The notes under the pieces were generated by a model. The model worked only from the letters and a program-made list of their open reading frames with translations, made no database searches and was not told where the DNA came from. A DNA stretch of 36,968 nucleotides from Bacteroidota bacterium (GTDB lineage: Bacteria; Bacteroidota; Bacteroidia; Bacteroidales; Cfx3-03). A program made the translations under genes and the position numbers. Shown one piece after another: positions 10,001 through 18,761 of the stretch. Every line of letters begins with the position of its first letter. Position 1 is the first letter of the stretch. Where the stretch lies: NCBI GenBank assembly GCA_030706265.1, contig JAUZOX010000001.1, forward strand, positions 1 through 36,968, read 5' to 3'.

Positions 10001-10493
10001 TGCCGATAAAGTTATAATCAACCATAGCCAACCTAAATTAACCGTTAGCTTAAATAACACCTTTCAGTATAAGAACTTTGATCTCAGTTTCTACTTTTAC
10101 GGAGAGCTTGGCAGGGAAAAGTACAACAATACCCTCAAATGGTTTCTGATGGCAGACAGGTTTAGGATGAGGGACAATACTTTGACTGATGCTTCTAATT
10201 TGTGGAGACATGATAATCTGAATGGTAAATATCCTTCTGGATTGGATGTAAAGTATGATAGTAGTAGCGATTTTTGGGTTGAGAAAGCAGATTTTATCCG
10301 TCTTAAAAGTGTGACTCTGGGATACACTCTTCCAAAATCTACTGGTAAATTTTTCCAAAATGCCCGTGTTTATGTGGATGCACAGAATTTGTTTGTGATC
10401 ACTAATTATACTGGTTCGGACCCTGAAACCGACGGTTTTTCCGCATACCCCAACCAGCGTACTTATTCTATAGGTTTAAATTTAAACTTTTAA
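7083..10493 (+). CDS. susC: SusC/RagA-family TonB-dependent outer-membrane transporter with N-terminal STN signalling domain
   Basis: 1136 aa. STN-like segment (VSLNFKNTTVEEVLNSIEKGSEYYFAYN), carboxypeptidase-regulatory-like domain (ITGTVVDSKTGETIPGVSVFIKGT), plug (VVVIGYGT..), and C-terminal ..RTYSIGLNLNF. An alternative start at 7146 (MKFTLFF..) is plausible. Confidence 0.95.
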   Translation: MKIKIINAWLDKHYIYKILFIMKFTLFFMILGIMNIFALNTYSQSGKVSLNFKNTTVEEVLNSIEKGSEYYFAYNQKLINVNRKVDIVAKNKDIKDVLRELFKNTNTDYVVIDHQIVLSHKQITENELSDIQQQVKGVAITGTVVDSKTGETIPGVSVFIKGTTKGTLTDKQGKFNITTTDPKATLSFSFMGYERQDISVSGKTNLNVSLVSTVTNLEEVVVIGYGTVKRSNLTGAVASVKMDDIPIVATNSVSNLLTGRVPGLVITQNSADPTSDYSILVRGATSTGAGNSPLYVIDGFTGGDINAVSPNDIASVEVLKDASATAIYGARAANGVILVSTKKGKKGKLEVGVQLNTSVQTISNPYNIVSAKEYMSLTNKFYVEEWMFQKKIAPYGNVDPSTVTTSPKVAFTDQEISSASNVTNWFDEISRTGTIDNQNISINGGSDQATYSLSLGHFKQKGVIFNSGYEKFMGRLAADFNLSKWLTTGVSITGNQQNSNMAEGNSGTEDPTGVIKMALAYPGYLPIRDANGNYLINPDHPTYPNPVSYKEVTNTEISNRFLITNYWSAKIRKDLTFRASMGLNQSFIRSNQYYPKTTLRGISVNSYASIVERRNNNYLLDATLTYKKSLFQNHSLTAMLGYAYQKIINENVSASNSDFLTDVYNVYNLSGGGNLTKGVGSGKSISKYLSYFGRVNYDIKDKYLFTFTLRADGSDRFGVNNRYGYFSSGAVAWRISQEDFMKSLESISNLKLRFSLGQTGNSEIGGNAYGYYSSGSNYVIGGNLQTGVSESQLPSPNLKWETTTEFNLGIDYGFFKNRLRGSVDVFRKTVSDLLDSRNVGSYYPVSSVADNLGSTLGQGWEFQLTSTNVQKTNFNWTTTLSLSHFYDRWKDRNPYTILSVYQTSTDPLHVGWGYVSDGLIQPGDDVSYMPGAVVGTIKLRDLNGWLKDETGKYILDKNGRQQLSGKPDHAIDDADKVIINHSQPKLTVSLNNTFQYKNFDLSFYFYGELGREKYNNTLKWFLMADRFRMRDNTLTDASNLWRHDNLNGKYPSGLDVKYDSSSDFWVEKADFIRLKSVTLGYTLPKSTGKFFQNARVYVDAQNLFVITNYTGSDPETDGFSAYPNQRTYSIGLNLNF

Positions 10494-10502
10494 AAATATA
10501 AT

Positions 10503-11987
10503 ATGAAAAAGAATATTTCTATATATAGTTTTATAATGCTGATATGTATTGGTATTATGAGCTGCACTGATTTGATGCACGAAGAATTTGGGAAAATTCC
10601 TTCTGACACCTTCCCTTCCTCTAGTAAAGATTTGGATGCTGCTGCCATTGGCGTTTACAGTTCTCTTGGCAATTCATTCATTGCGCAAAGTCTTGATTAT
10701 TCCGGGCTAACAGCAAATGAGCTATGTACAGATGAAATGAATACTGCTTGGGGAGGCACCTGGCAAATATTTAACCGTTTTGCCTGGACAGCTAATAGTA
10801 GTCCCGCATCAAGTTTGTACTCTACATACATGAAGGCAATTACGAAAGCCACCCGCTTGATCGACGCTTTACAAAATTCAAGTGTGAGTGCAGAAAAGAA
10901 AATGGCATCTATTGCTGAAATGCGTGTTCTCAGAGCATTCTATGCCAATGCACTGTATTCTTTATATGGACCACTGCCTATTGTCACAGATCCGAAAGTG
11001 GCCAATGATGTTTATACAGCGTACAAGCCGGTACGTCCGACAAAAGAAGATTACGTGAACTTTATGATTAACGAATTAAAAGAATCCTATTCTTTGCTGC
11101 CAAACAAGTCTTCCAGTGAGAATTGGGGACGTGTAGATAAGGGTACCGCATTAACCTTGCTAATGAAAATCTACTTGGATTCAAAGATGTGGAATGAAGC
11201 AAATACAACAGCAGGAGATATCATAAATATGGGCATTTACGGTTTACTTCCTTCGTATGCAGATGTTTTTAATATTGCCAACGAAGGCCCGGGAAACAAA
11301 GAAGTTATTTTTGTGATCCCCAGGATTACTTCCAATGCGTCATCCTCCTGGTCATATTTTGCCTGTGTCTTGCCTTCCAAGCCTCAAATGAAAAGCAAAA
11401 CGGGTGTGATTATGACTGTTTGGGGCGGCTTGAAAATGCCTTGGGAATATTACGATAAATATGAAACACAAGACCAACGATTGAATACTATTATCCGTTA
11501 TTACGTTGATGTAAATGGCAATCAGGTGGATTTTCGTACTGTGACAGATTCGAAGGCTGTCGGGGCTATTCCTATGAAATATTCGGAAGACCCTCAGCAT
11601 CTGGCGGCAGCCCAAGGTAATGATTTTGTCGTTTTCCGCTATGCCGATGTATTGTTGTCAAAAGCAGAAGCGTTAAATCAGCTAAATGGCCCCACGGCCG
11701 AGAGTATTGAATTAATCAACCAAATACGCAGAAGAGCAAAAGCAACGGAAATTAAATTGGCTGATTTTACAAAGCAAAGCTTAGATGATTTTATTCTGGA
11801 TGAACGTGGCCGCGAATTATACAACGAAGCTCATCGCCGGAACGATTTGATTCGTCATGGAAAATTTATCCAAAGCGCAGTTAATAGAGGTGTTAACGCG
11901 CAACCTTATCAGGTACTTTATCCTATTCCTCAATCAGCGATCAGTGAAAACCCGAACCTGAAACAGAACCCAGGCTACGAGAATTAA
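10503..11987 (+). CDS. susD: SusD/RagB-family nutrient-binding outer-membrane lipoprotein
   Basis: 494 aa with a lipoprotein signal (..GIMSC). SusD-like C-terminal motifs (FRYADVLLSKAEALN, ERGRELYNEAHRRNDLIRHG). Lies directly after susC. Confidence 0.9.
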   Translation: MKKNISIYSFIMLICIGIMSCTDLMHEEFGKIPSDTFPSSSKDLDAAAIGVYSSLGNSFIAQSLDYSGLTANELCTDEMNTAWGGTWQIFNRFAWTANSSPASSLYSTYMKAITKATRLIDALQNSSVSAEKKMASIAEMRVLRAFYANALYSLYGPLPIVTDPKVANDVYTAYKPVRPTKEDYVNFMINELKESYSLLPNKSSSENWGRVDKGTALTLLMKIYLDSKMWNEANTTAGDIINMGIYGLLPSYADVFNIANEGPGNKEVIFVIPRITSNASSSWSYFACVLPSKPQMKSKTGVIMTVWGGLKMPWEYYDKYETQDQRLNTIIRYYVDVNGNQVDFRTVTDSKAVGAIPMKYSEDPQHLAAAQGNDFVVFRYADVLLSKAEALNQLNGPTAESIELINQIRRRAKATEIKLADFTKQSLDDFILDERGRELYNEAHRRNDLIRHGKFIQSAVNRGVNAQPYQVLYPIPQSAISENPNLKQNPGYEN

Positions 11988-11990
11988 ATT

Positions 11991-12036
11991 TTTCAATACA
12001 GGGAAGACAAAGAGATTTGTCTTCCCTGTATTGAAA
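11991..12036 (+). terminator. Perfect 20-bp stem hairpin just after the susD stop
   Basis: tttcaatacagggaagacaa-agagat-ttgtcttccctgtattgaaa. The following T-run is weak (aaattg). Confidence 0.55.
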
Positions 12037-12324
12037 ATTGTCTAAAAATGAAAAATTAACTTTTGTATGTGAATAAGAGGAAGAAAAGTCACAACTTTAC
12101 TTTGCCAGGAAATAAATCCTGATCATTAAGGTTCACCTAAATCTTAGAAACCGTTTATATTTCATATCTCTAAGATTTTTTGTGTCGCCCCTCAAGCGGT
12201 TGCCGGAAGCACAAAAAATCAACAGACAGTTGTCTGATTTGGGTAAATTTTTGATTTTTGAACGTAGTTCTAATTTTTAAACAATCTGCTATAAACACGC
12301 AAAATAGTTGTAATTTAATTGAGT

Positions 12325-13779
12325 ATGGACATGGATCAATCTTCAGGAAAAAGGAAAAAGTATTGGAGTCGGGTTGTGTGGTTTTTATGCATCATATTGC
12401 TTTCCCAAAATTTGTACGCGAAAAAAAAGACGGTATTTACCATTGGTGACTCTACAATGGCCGAGAAATCGCCTAACACCACGGAGCGCGGATGGGGAAT
12501 GTTGTTCTCAAGTTTTGTAAATACTGACCAAGTACAAGTAAAGAATTACGGCAAGAATGGCCGAAGTACCAAAAGCTTTATCGACGAAGGCTGGTGGACG
12601 ACGGTGCTGGATTCGTTGCGTCCAGGTGATTTTGTGCTTATTCAGTTTGGCCATAACGATGAGAAAACTGATGTTTCCCTGCATACCGATCCTGCCACAA
12701 GTTTTCGTGAGAACCTGAAAAAGTTTGTGTACGAAACCCGGGAGAAAGGCGCGACGCCGATCCTGCTCACCTCTATCGTGCGCCGCAGCTTCGATGCCGA
12801 TGAAAATATGGTTGACTCGCATGGCGATTTTCCTCAGGCAACGCGCGAAACAGCGCGGCAATTAAAAGTTCAGTTGATTGATATAGAATTGAAAACCAGG
12901 CTGATGGAAAACATAGCTGGTTGGATTGGCACGCACAAAATTCACCAGTTTGAACCACCGAAGGAAATAGACAACACCCACTTATGCAATTTTGGTGCAT
13001 ACGTTGTTGCCCGGATGGTATCCGAAGACATCAGGAAGCAGAATATTTCAATACCGTTAAATGCAAATCCTGCTCTATTGACCAGTGCCAGTGACAATAC
13101 GCTCGATCTGGCGTACGATTATTTTGCTGATAACATCCAATCGGCCCAAAAGACGCTCTCTAGTTTGTCTTCCGCTTCGGGACATAGCGATTTTTCAACA
13201 GCAATTGGTAGCGCCCAAAGCGAATTCGATAAACATGCATTTGAGAGTTTGAAAGAAATTGGCGAAGCTACAAAGAAGCTCCGCTTTGCAGAGCGGACTT
13301 GCCGTTGGACACAATTCGCCCCGTTCGACGCTACTTTTGCCATAGGAAACGCAAGTTTTGAAGAAGGCGCGGGCTGGAATTCTAAAGTAGGTGCCAATAT
13401 ACCGCTGGCATGGCAGGCGGAGGCGAAGCTCATAAATGGCCGTATGATACAAAAAAACACAAACGCAAGTGACGGGTACTTCTGTTATTCAATTGCAGCA
13501 GATACAGGCAGTTCCACTAACTTTTATCAGGATATTACTTTGCCCGTAGGAGAATATACCTTAACAGTTGATTTGAAACCCAATACCGGAAGTAATACCA
13601 GGCTTTATTCAAAGATCGGTGATCAAACTGATAGTACTCTAGCCCCAGGCCCTTATAATTCATGGGAAACCATATCAGTTAACTTTGCAGTGCCAGTCGA
13701 TAATGCAACAGTCCAGCTTGGGGTTTCTGCCTCAGCGACTATTGAAATTGACAATTTTAAACTTATGAAGATAAAATGA
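12325..13779 (+). CDS. SGNH/GDSL hydrolase, rhamnogalacturonan acetylesterase-like (CE12-type), with C-terminal carbohydrate-binding-like beta-sandwich
   Basis: Block I FTIGDSTMA, block II GWG, block III GRSTKSF, and LIQFGHND. The C-terminal ~150 aa (..YTLTVDLKPN..IEIDNFKL) look like a CBM. The first ATG is 12325; the track starts at TTG 12319. Confidence 0.8.
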   Translation: MDMDQSSGKRKKYWSRVVWFLCIILLSQNLYAKKKTVFTIGDSTMAEKSPNTTERGWGMLFSSFVNTDQVQVKNYGKNGRSTKSFIDEGWWTTVLDSLRPGDFVLIQFGHNDEKTDVSLHTDPATSFRENLKKFVYETREKGATPILLTSIVRRSFDADENMVDSHGDFPQATRETARQLKVQLIDIELKTRLMENIAGWIGTHKIHQFEPPKEIDNTHLCNFGAYVVARMVSEDIRKQNISIPLNANPALLTSASDNTLDLAYDYFADNIQSAQKTLSSLSSASGHSDFSTAIGSAQSEFDKHAFESLKEIGEATKKLRFAERTCRWTQFAPFDATFAIGNASFEEGAGWNSKVGANIPLAWQAEAKLINGRMIQKNTNASDGYFCYSIAADTGSSTNFYQDITLPVGEYTLTVDLKPNTGSNTRLYSKIGDQTDSTLAPGPYNSWETISVNFAVPVDNATVQLGVSASATIEIDNFKLMKIK

Positions 13780-13812
13780 AAACTGGATTGCCAGTATTTT
13801 TTGATATATGTT

Positions 13813-15437
13813 ATCACTACTGTCCAGTTAAAATAATCTGAGTGACAGTTAAGTTCTTTGACATCTTTGTAATCTACATTTGCAATAAGCTCATTTACAG
13901 GAGTTTTATCAAGAAGTGATATCCCAATTACCTGTAATATTTCGTAGGTAGACCTTGATATTTTCAACTCATTCCCTACGATTGAAACCAGACAGTAGGT
14001 AATAAGAGCACAATAAATTTGGATTAGAACAGCATTTTGAGAAGTACCCCAAAAAGATTTTATTTTCAGATGTTGTTTAATCCATTTGAAGATGTTATGG
14101 AAAGCTTTACATAACTTCTTTTATGGAAAGTAAAAGATTATGTAAAGCAACATCGATAAATAGTGCTGTAACCATTATAAATAGGCAACTACTTTACAAT
14201 ATTACTTTACATAAATCTTAGAGCTAATTCTTAAAGTTTTCTTCAGATGAAGCAGATTGAGCCATAAACTGAACAAGGTTACTTTATCATAAAAATATAT
14301 TATGATCAAACATAGCAGATAATAAGCCTGATAATCAGTTTACTTAAACTACACCCAGCAGTTCTTCTCCTTTTTTGACATTATTTATTTTACTACTTTT
14401 AGCTCAAGCATAATGCTCATTATTAAATTAAACAATAATATTTATGGAAAGTGTTTATGGAAAGTAACAACGTGTTTAGGGCCTTTCAAGAAGGTAAATG
14501 CTAAATACTTTACATAATCTTTTACTTTCCATAAAAAAAGAGCTCTATCTGCCAACGATTTTTATATAGTAAGGCCACTTGAACGGACGTGATATCAAAA
14601 TTATTGGTTAGGTAAATGAATGTTCGATTGGTTTATTCATCGTGAAATTTAACTCTGCGAAGTTTGTCTGGATACCTTTTGGAAATATAAAATCCTTTGA
14701 GTTTGCCAATTTGGTTACATAATACACCAGAACTCTTGTCAATCTTTTGAGAATATATCCTGTTAAATTGAAGGTTTGATTTTGCACGGATAACAAAAAA
14801 GGCTGAATGTTGAGTTATCTTGAACAGTCTCGTGTAATCGACATAACCTCTGTCAAAGATGTAATACGCATTTTGCTCATAATTAAGATAATCCATTGCG
14901 TTTACATCATTCACCTTTGCAGGAGTAATATGCACGAAAGCAGGTATTTGAGTCGTTATATCAAAAAGAGTATGTAGTTTTATGCCTCTTTATGCCTCCT
15001 TTTGCTTTACGAAACTTTGCCCACCAGAAGACACTCAAACAGAGATCAATGGTTGATGAGTCAAAAGCATATACAGTTCCTTTGATCTCAAAATCATCAT
15101 TAGCTCTGTTCCTTCTGGCAATATCAATAAGGTGATAAGCAAACTCTTCAAATATTTTGCTATTTCTCGTTTCATTGGCTTTAGCCAGATTGCTCCTTGT
15201 AACGTTTTTTCCAAAACCCAGGTGGTAGGATTTGTTACTATGAGCATTCAAAGCAACCATTAAATCCCGAAGACTATCCCGATTAGTGAGTTGACCAAAG
15301 AGCATACAAAGCAATTGGTTCCAGCAAGTGAAATGCTTGACATACTTATTGCCTTCATACTTTTCAACTATACGATCGAAAATCCGTTGAGGGAGAAATT
15401 CAACTATCTGTGCGAACACATATATGCCTTGATTCAT
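13813..15437 (-). pseudogene. IS4-family transposase, inactivated
   Basis: N-terminus MNQGIYVFAQIVEFLP.. (DUF4372-like), then DSSTIDL, FDRGYVDY, and NRWQIELFF / FKWIKQHLKIKSFWGTSQNAV. Lesions: a 10-bp tandem duplication (14981-15000) causing a frameshift, an in-frame TAA at 14633-14635, and a ~446-bp insertion between the ELFF and FKWIKQ codons. Confidence 0.85.
14091..14539. mobile_element. ORF-less MITE-like element nested in the IS4 transposase gene
   Basis: Perfect 27-bp inverted repeats ttatggaaagtaaaagattatgtaaag (14121-14147) and its reverse complement (14508-14534). An extra 20-bp near-palindrome sits at 14095-14114. Boundaries are good to about +/-5 bp. Confidence 0.55.
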
Positions 15438-15586
15438 TGTTGGGTGTTAATTTTCCAACGAACATAATCAATTCAAATAATAGCTTGCAAAATGTAGATT
15501 TTCAATGATTTCAAAGAACAAATTTTATTTTTTAATGGACACTAATGATGAGAATTTAAAAATTAATCACTAATCTAATTTAACTG

Positions 15587-16771
15587 ATGAAACACAATAA
15601 AAATAGAATCCAGCAATCGCTTATTGGCTCCCTGGCTTTATCTGATCATCTCCCTGAAATTATCAGCCATCCAGGGAAATGGCACCGTTTATTATTGATA
15701 CTTGGCTGCCAGATTTGGTTTTTGCATTTAGATGCCCAAAATTTCGGAATCCGGAACAGAATCCCGACTCCTAATGATAGCCTGGTGTCATTTGTTGTTA
15801 ACAATGATGGCAGTGCAACATTCCGGCTTTATGCTCCTGATGCGAAGTCTGTTGAATTAGGAGGCGACCTCAAAGCTGAAAAAATTGAACGGGCCAACAA
15901 TGGCGTATGGACCATGAGTACAGGTCCAAATATCAATCCAAGTGCTTACCGGTACGTTTTCAAGGTGGACGGAATGAACGTCATTGATCCGAAAAACCCA
16001 ATGGCTGCAGATTTCCGCCCCATGGTAGAACTTGTGCCTAAAAGCGAATCCTTATTCTGGCAGAAAAAGGATGTCCCCCATGGCCTTATGTCGATCGTAT
16101 ATTATGAATCAAAAGCTACAAATTCAACAAGGCGGATGTTTGTATGGACACCTCCCCGGTATTTTTCAAACGATAAAAAAATTCCTGTCCTATACTTAAT
16201 GCATGGTGGCGGAGACAATGATACCAACTGGCCGGGGCAAGGAAAAGCAGGATGGATTCTTGACAATTTGTTTGCTGAAGGAAAAATTACGCAGATGATT
16301 GTTGTTATGCCTGATGGCAGTATTCCAGTTGAAATTTTTGCTCATGACTTGGGAAGTAACATCATTCCATTTATTGAAGCTAACTTCCGGGTATTGGCAG
16401 ATGCCCCACACCGGGCTATTGCGGGGCTTTCTATGGGAGGGATACAACTGCTGGAAACTCTGGTGGACTATCCCGATATGTTTGCGTATGTCAATGTCAT
16501 GAGTTCTGGATGGTTTACAAGAAATCCTGAATCACTTGAAAAGTATGACCAACGTGTGAAGGCTGTAGCTCCAATCTTAAAAAAGAATATTAAGTATTTT
16601 ATTTTTACAACAGGCGGAAAAGCTGACATGGCTTCAAATAATACTCCCCCGACACAGGCTATTTTCACGAAATACGGTATTAAATCAGAGTTTAGCGAGA
16701 TGGACGGGGGGCACACTATGTATGTATGGAGGCACGACCTATACAATTTTACCACGAAAATTTTCAAATAA
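15587..16771 (+). CDS. Esterase (esterase D / CE1-like 'putative esterase' fold) with N-terminal E-set/CBM48-like domain
   Basis: FRLYAPDAKSVELGGDL.. (Ig-like N-domain), LYLMHGGGDNDTNW, and nucleophile elbow GLSMGG. Confidence 0.8.
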   Translation: MKHNKNRIQQSLIGSLALSDHLPEIISHPGKWHRLLLILGCQIWFLHLDAQNFGIRNRIPTPNDSLVSFVVNNDGSATFRLYAPDAKSVELGGDLKAEKIERANNGVWTMSTGPNINPSAYRYVFKVDGMNVIDPKNPMAADFRPMVELVPKSESLFWQKKDVPHGLMSIVYYESKATNSTRRMFVWTPPRYFSNDKKIPVLYLMHGGGDNDTNWPGQGKAGWILDNLFAEGKITQMIVVMPDGSIPVEIFAHDLGSNIIPFIEANFRVLADAPHRAIAGLSMGGIQLLETLVDYPDMFAYVNVMSSGWFTRNPESLEKYDQRVKAVAPILKKNIKYFIFTTGGKADMASNNTPPTQAIFTKYGIKSEFSEMDGGHTMYVWRHDLYNFTTKIFK

Positions 16772-16818
16772 CCATCACAAAGTTATCAAACTTTCACAAA
16801 TCATAAAAAGAAACTAAA

Positions 16819-17805
16819 ATGGAAAATATTAAGAAGAATAAAATCGGATTAAGAATTAAGTTTTTATGGTTATTGACCTTTTTACCGGTTATCGCATTTG
16901 CCGCCGACCCACCTGGAATTCCTGATGGCTGGTCTGATGGTTTTGTTTACGACAATGGGGCTCGCATCCACTATTATCATGCTGTTCCTGCACCTGGGAA
17001 ACCGGTGATTGTAATGGTTCATGGGGTAACTGATAATGGCCTCTGCTGGACAACGCTAACATGGAAATTACAAGGCGCTTATGACATATACATGCTTGAT
17101 GCCCGCGGACACGGCTTGTCAGATCCTTTTACCTCTTCCGATGATGGTGAGACCTTGATTAAAGATGTAGTAGGTTTTGTGAAAACTATGAATTTTGAGA
17201 AGCCCATTCTTATAGGACATTCAATGGGTGCAGCTACCGTAATGCGTGTAGGTGCTGAATATCCGGATTTGGCAAAGGCAGTTATCATGCTTGATCCGGG
17301 GCTTCCCCGAAAAAATGCCGGAGATCGTCCTCCTGTTCCAAATACCCGTCCAAGTGCCCCACCACGAACTCAGCAAAATCAATCTTCAGTGCCTGACCGC
17401 CTCTCCTATAATATGTTTGGTGATCCAGAGACTTTGGTGAAACAGAATAACTATACCTTCAAAGATTTGGTAGAAAAAGGCACCAGGGACAATCCTAAAT
17501 GGGGCATCGTGGATGTTAAATATTGGGCGTTGTCAAAAAAACAGTACCACGGATCATACACGCAAGAGCAATCGCAAGCGATGAGGGGCACCATGAGCAC
17601 AGGAGAAGCATTGGCAAAGATCACCGTCCCCTCACTTGTCCTGAAAGCTGATGCATCGCCGGAAGTCCGCAAGGCCAACGAAGAGACTGTGAAAGACCTG
17701 CCAAGGGTTAAGTTGGTGCACATGGATGGAGCAGCACACAACTTGCATCACGATCAATTAGAAAACACAGTGAAAGAGATCAATGAATTTCTGTCAAAGC
17801 TGTAA
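16819..17805 (+). CDS. Alpha/beta-hydrolase (secreted esterase/lipase-type)
   Basis: Signal peptide, HGVTDNG oxyanion region, DARGHGLS, and nucleophile elbow GHSMGA. Confidence 0.75.
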   Translation: MENIKKNKIGLRIKFLWLLTFLPVIAFAADPPGIPDGWSDGFVYDNGARIHYYHAVPAPGKPVIVMVHGVTDNGLCWTTLTWKLQGAYDIYMLDARGHGLSDPFTSSDDGETLIKDVVGFVKTMNFEKPILIGHSMGAATVMRVGAEYPDLAKAVIMLDPGLPRKNAGDRPPVPNTRPSAPPRTQQNQSSVPDRLSYNMFGDPETLVKQNNYTFKDLVEKGTRDNPKWGIVDVKYWALSKKQYHGSYTQEQSQAMRGTMSTGEALAKITVPSLVLKADASPEVRKANEETVKDLPRVKLVHMDGAAHNLHHDQLENTVKEINEFLSKL

Positions 17806-17819
17806 AATAAATATGCACT

Positions 17820-18728
17820 ATGAACCTTGAAAAATTGTCGATCGCTCTTTTGGCAGTTGGTCTTTTGCTAACCGTGCAACTTACAGTTTATGCACAAGCA
17901 TCCGATGAAAAACTGTTGTGGCCATTGGGTATTAAAGATAACCCCGTACAACATACTACTGCCGAAGAGATGGAAAATTTCGATGTACATCCGTATTCTC
18001 TTTCAAAAAAGAACCGGGTATTTCGGAAAGTGTCCGTTCCTACTTATGTTTTGCATCTGCCATCGCCCGAAAAAGCAACCGGGGTAGCCGTAGTTATTTG
18101 TCCCGGAGGCGGTTTTGTGGATAATTGGTTCGATCGGGAAGGTACTGACCTGGCGCTTTGGCTAAAAGAACAGGGCGTGGCATCGTTGGTGTTGAAATAT
18201 CGCTTGAATGCCAAAAATAGCAGTGGAAATTCTGTAGTTCCTAATGATGTGTATTTCACAGCGATATTCGACGATGCAAAACAAGCGATCAGGACTTTAC
18301 GAAAGGATGCATCGAAACTAAATATCAATCCTAATAAAATTGGTATTTCAGGCTTTTCGGCTGGTGGGTTCATGGCGGTTGAACTTGCTGTAGCCGACGA
18401 AATAAAAGAAAGTCCCGACACGGTTAGCTGGAAACCCAATTTTGCAGGCCTTTTTTATGCAGCTTTTTTTAAGAATTATACTGTTCGAAAAGAAAGTTGT
18501 CCGCCGGTTTTTATCATCAATGCCGCCGATGATAAATTAACTACTGCCCCCAAATGTATTGATTTCTATACATCTTTGTTAAAAGCGGGGGTGCCAGCCG
18601 AAATGCACATATACAACAAAGGCTCCCATGGTTTTTCAATGGATTTTTCCAAAGGAGAATCGCTAAAGTATTGGTCCGAAAGCTTTTTAGCCTGGTTAAA
18701 GGATATTGGGATGATAAATAGCAGGTAA
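17820..18728 (+). CDS. Alpha/beta-hydrolase, acetyl-esterase/BD-FAE-like
   Basis: Signal peptide, ICPGGGF (HGGG-type oxyanion motif variant), GFSAGG nucleophile elbow, and C-terminal ..GSHGF. Confidence 0.75.
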   Translation: MNLEKLSIALLAVGLLLTVQLTVYAQASDEKLLWPLGIKDNPVQHTTAEEMENFDVHPYSLSKKNRVFRKVSVPTYVLHLPSPEKATGVAVVICPGGGFVDNWFDREGTDLALWLKEQGVASLVLKYRLNAKNSSGNSVVPNDVYFTAIFDDAKQAIRTLRKDASKLNINPNKIGISGFSAGGFMAVELAVADEIKESPDTVSWKPNFAGLFYAAFFKNYTVRKESCPPVFIINAADDKLTTAPKCIDFYTSLLKAGVPAEMHIYNKGSHGFSMDFSKGESLKYWSESFLAWLKDIGMINSR

Positions 18729-18761
18729 TAAGAATTATTAGTTACCAAAAGACATTCGCAA

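Larger units (their letters stand above)
13813..15549 (-). mobile_element. IS4-family insertion sequence (DUF4372-type transposase), decayed, carrying a nested insertion
   Basis: Imperfect terminal IRs atcactactgtccagttaaaataa (13813-13836) and ttattttttaatggacactaatgat (15525-15549). Inserted between the CE12 gene stop (13779) and the next esterase start (15587). Confidence 0.8.

Noticed and set aside
12137-12235. Small inverted repeats in the susD-CE12 intergenic region (aaatcttaga/tctaagattt, ttttttgtg/cacaaaaaa), considered as an invertible promoter
   Set aside because: The repeats are short (9-10 bp) and enclose only 20-30 bp. No recombinase gene is adjacent. They are more likely simple hairpins or terminators.
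12258-12449. 63-aa ORF overlapping the CE12 gene start
   Set aside because: It is in an alternative frame of the CE12 5' region and has no support.
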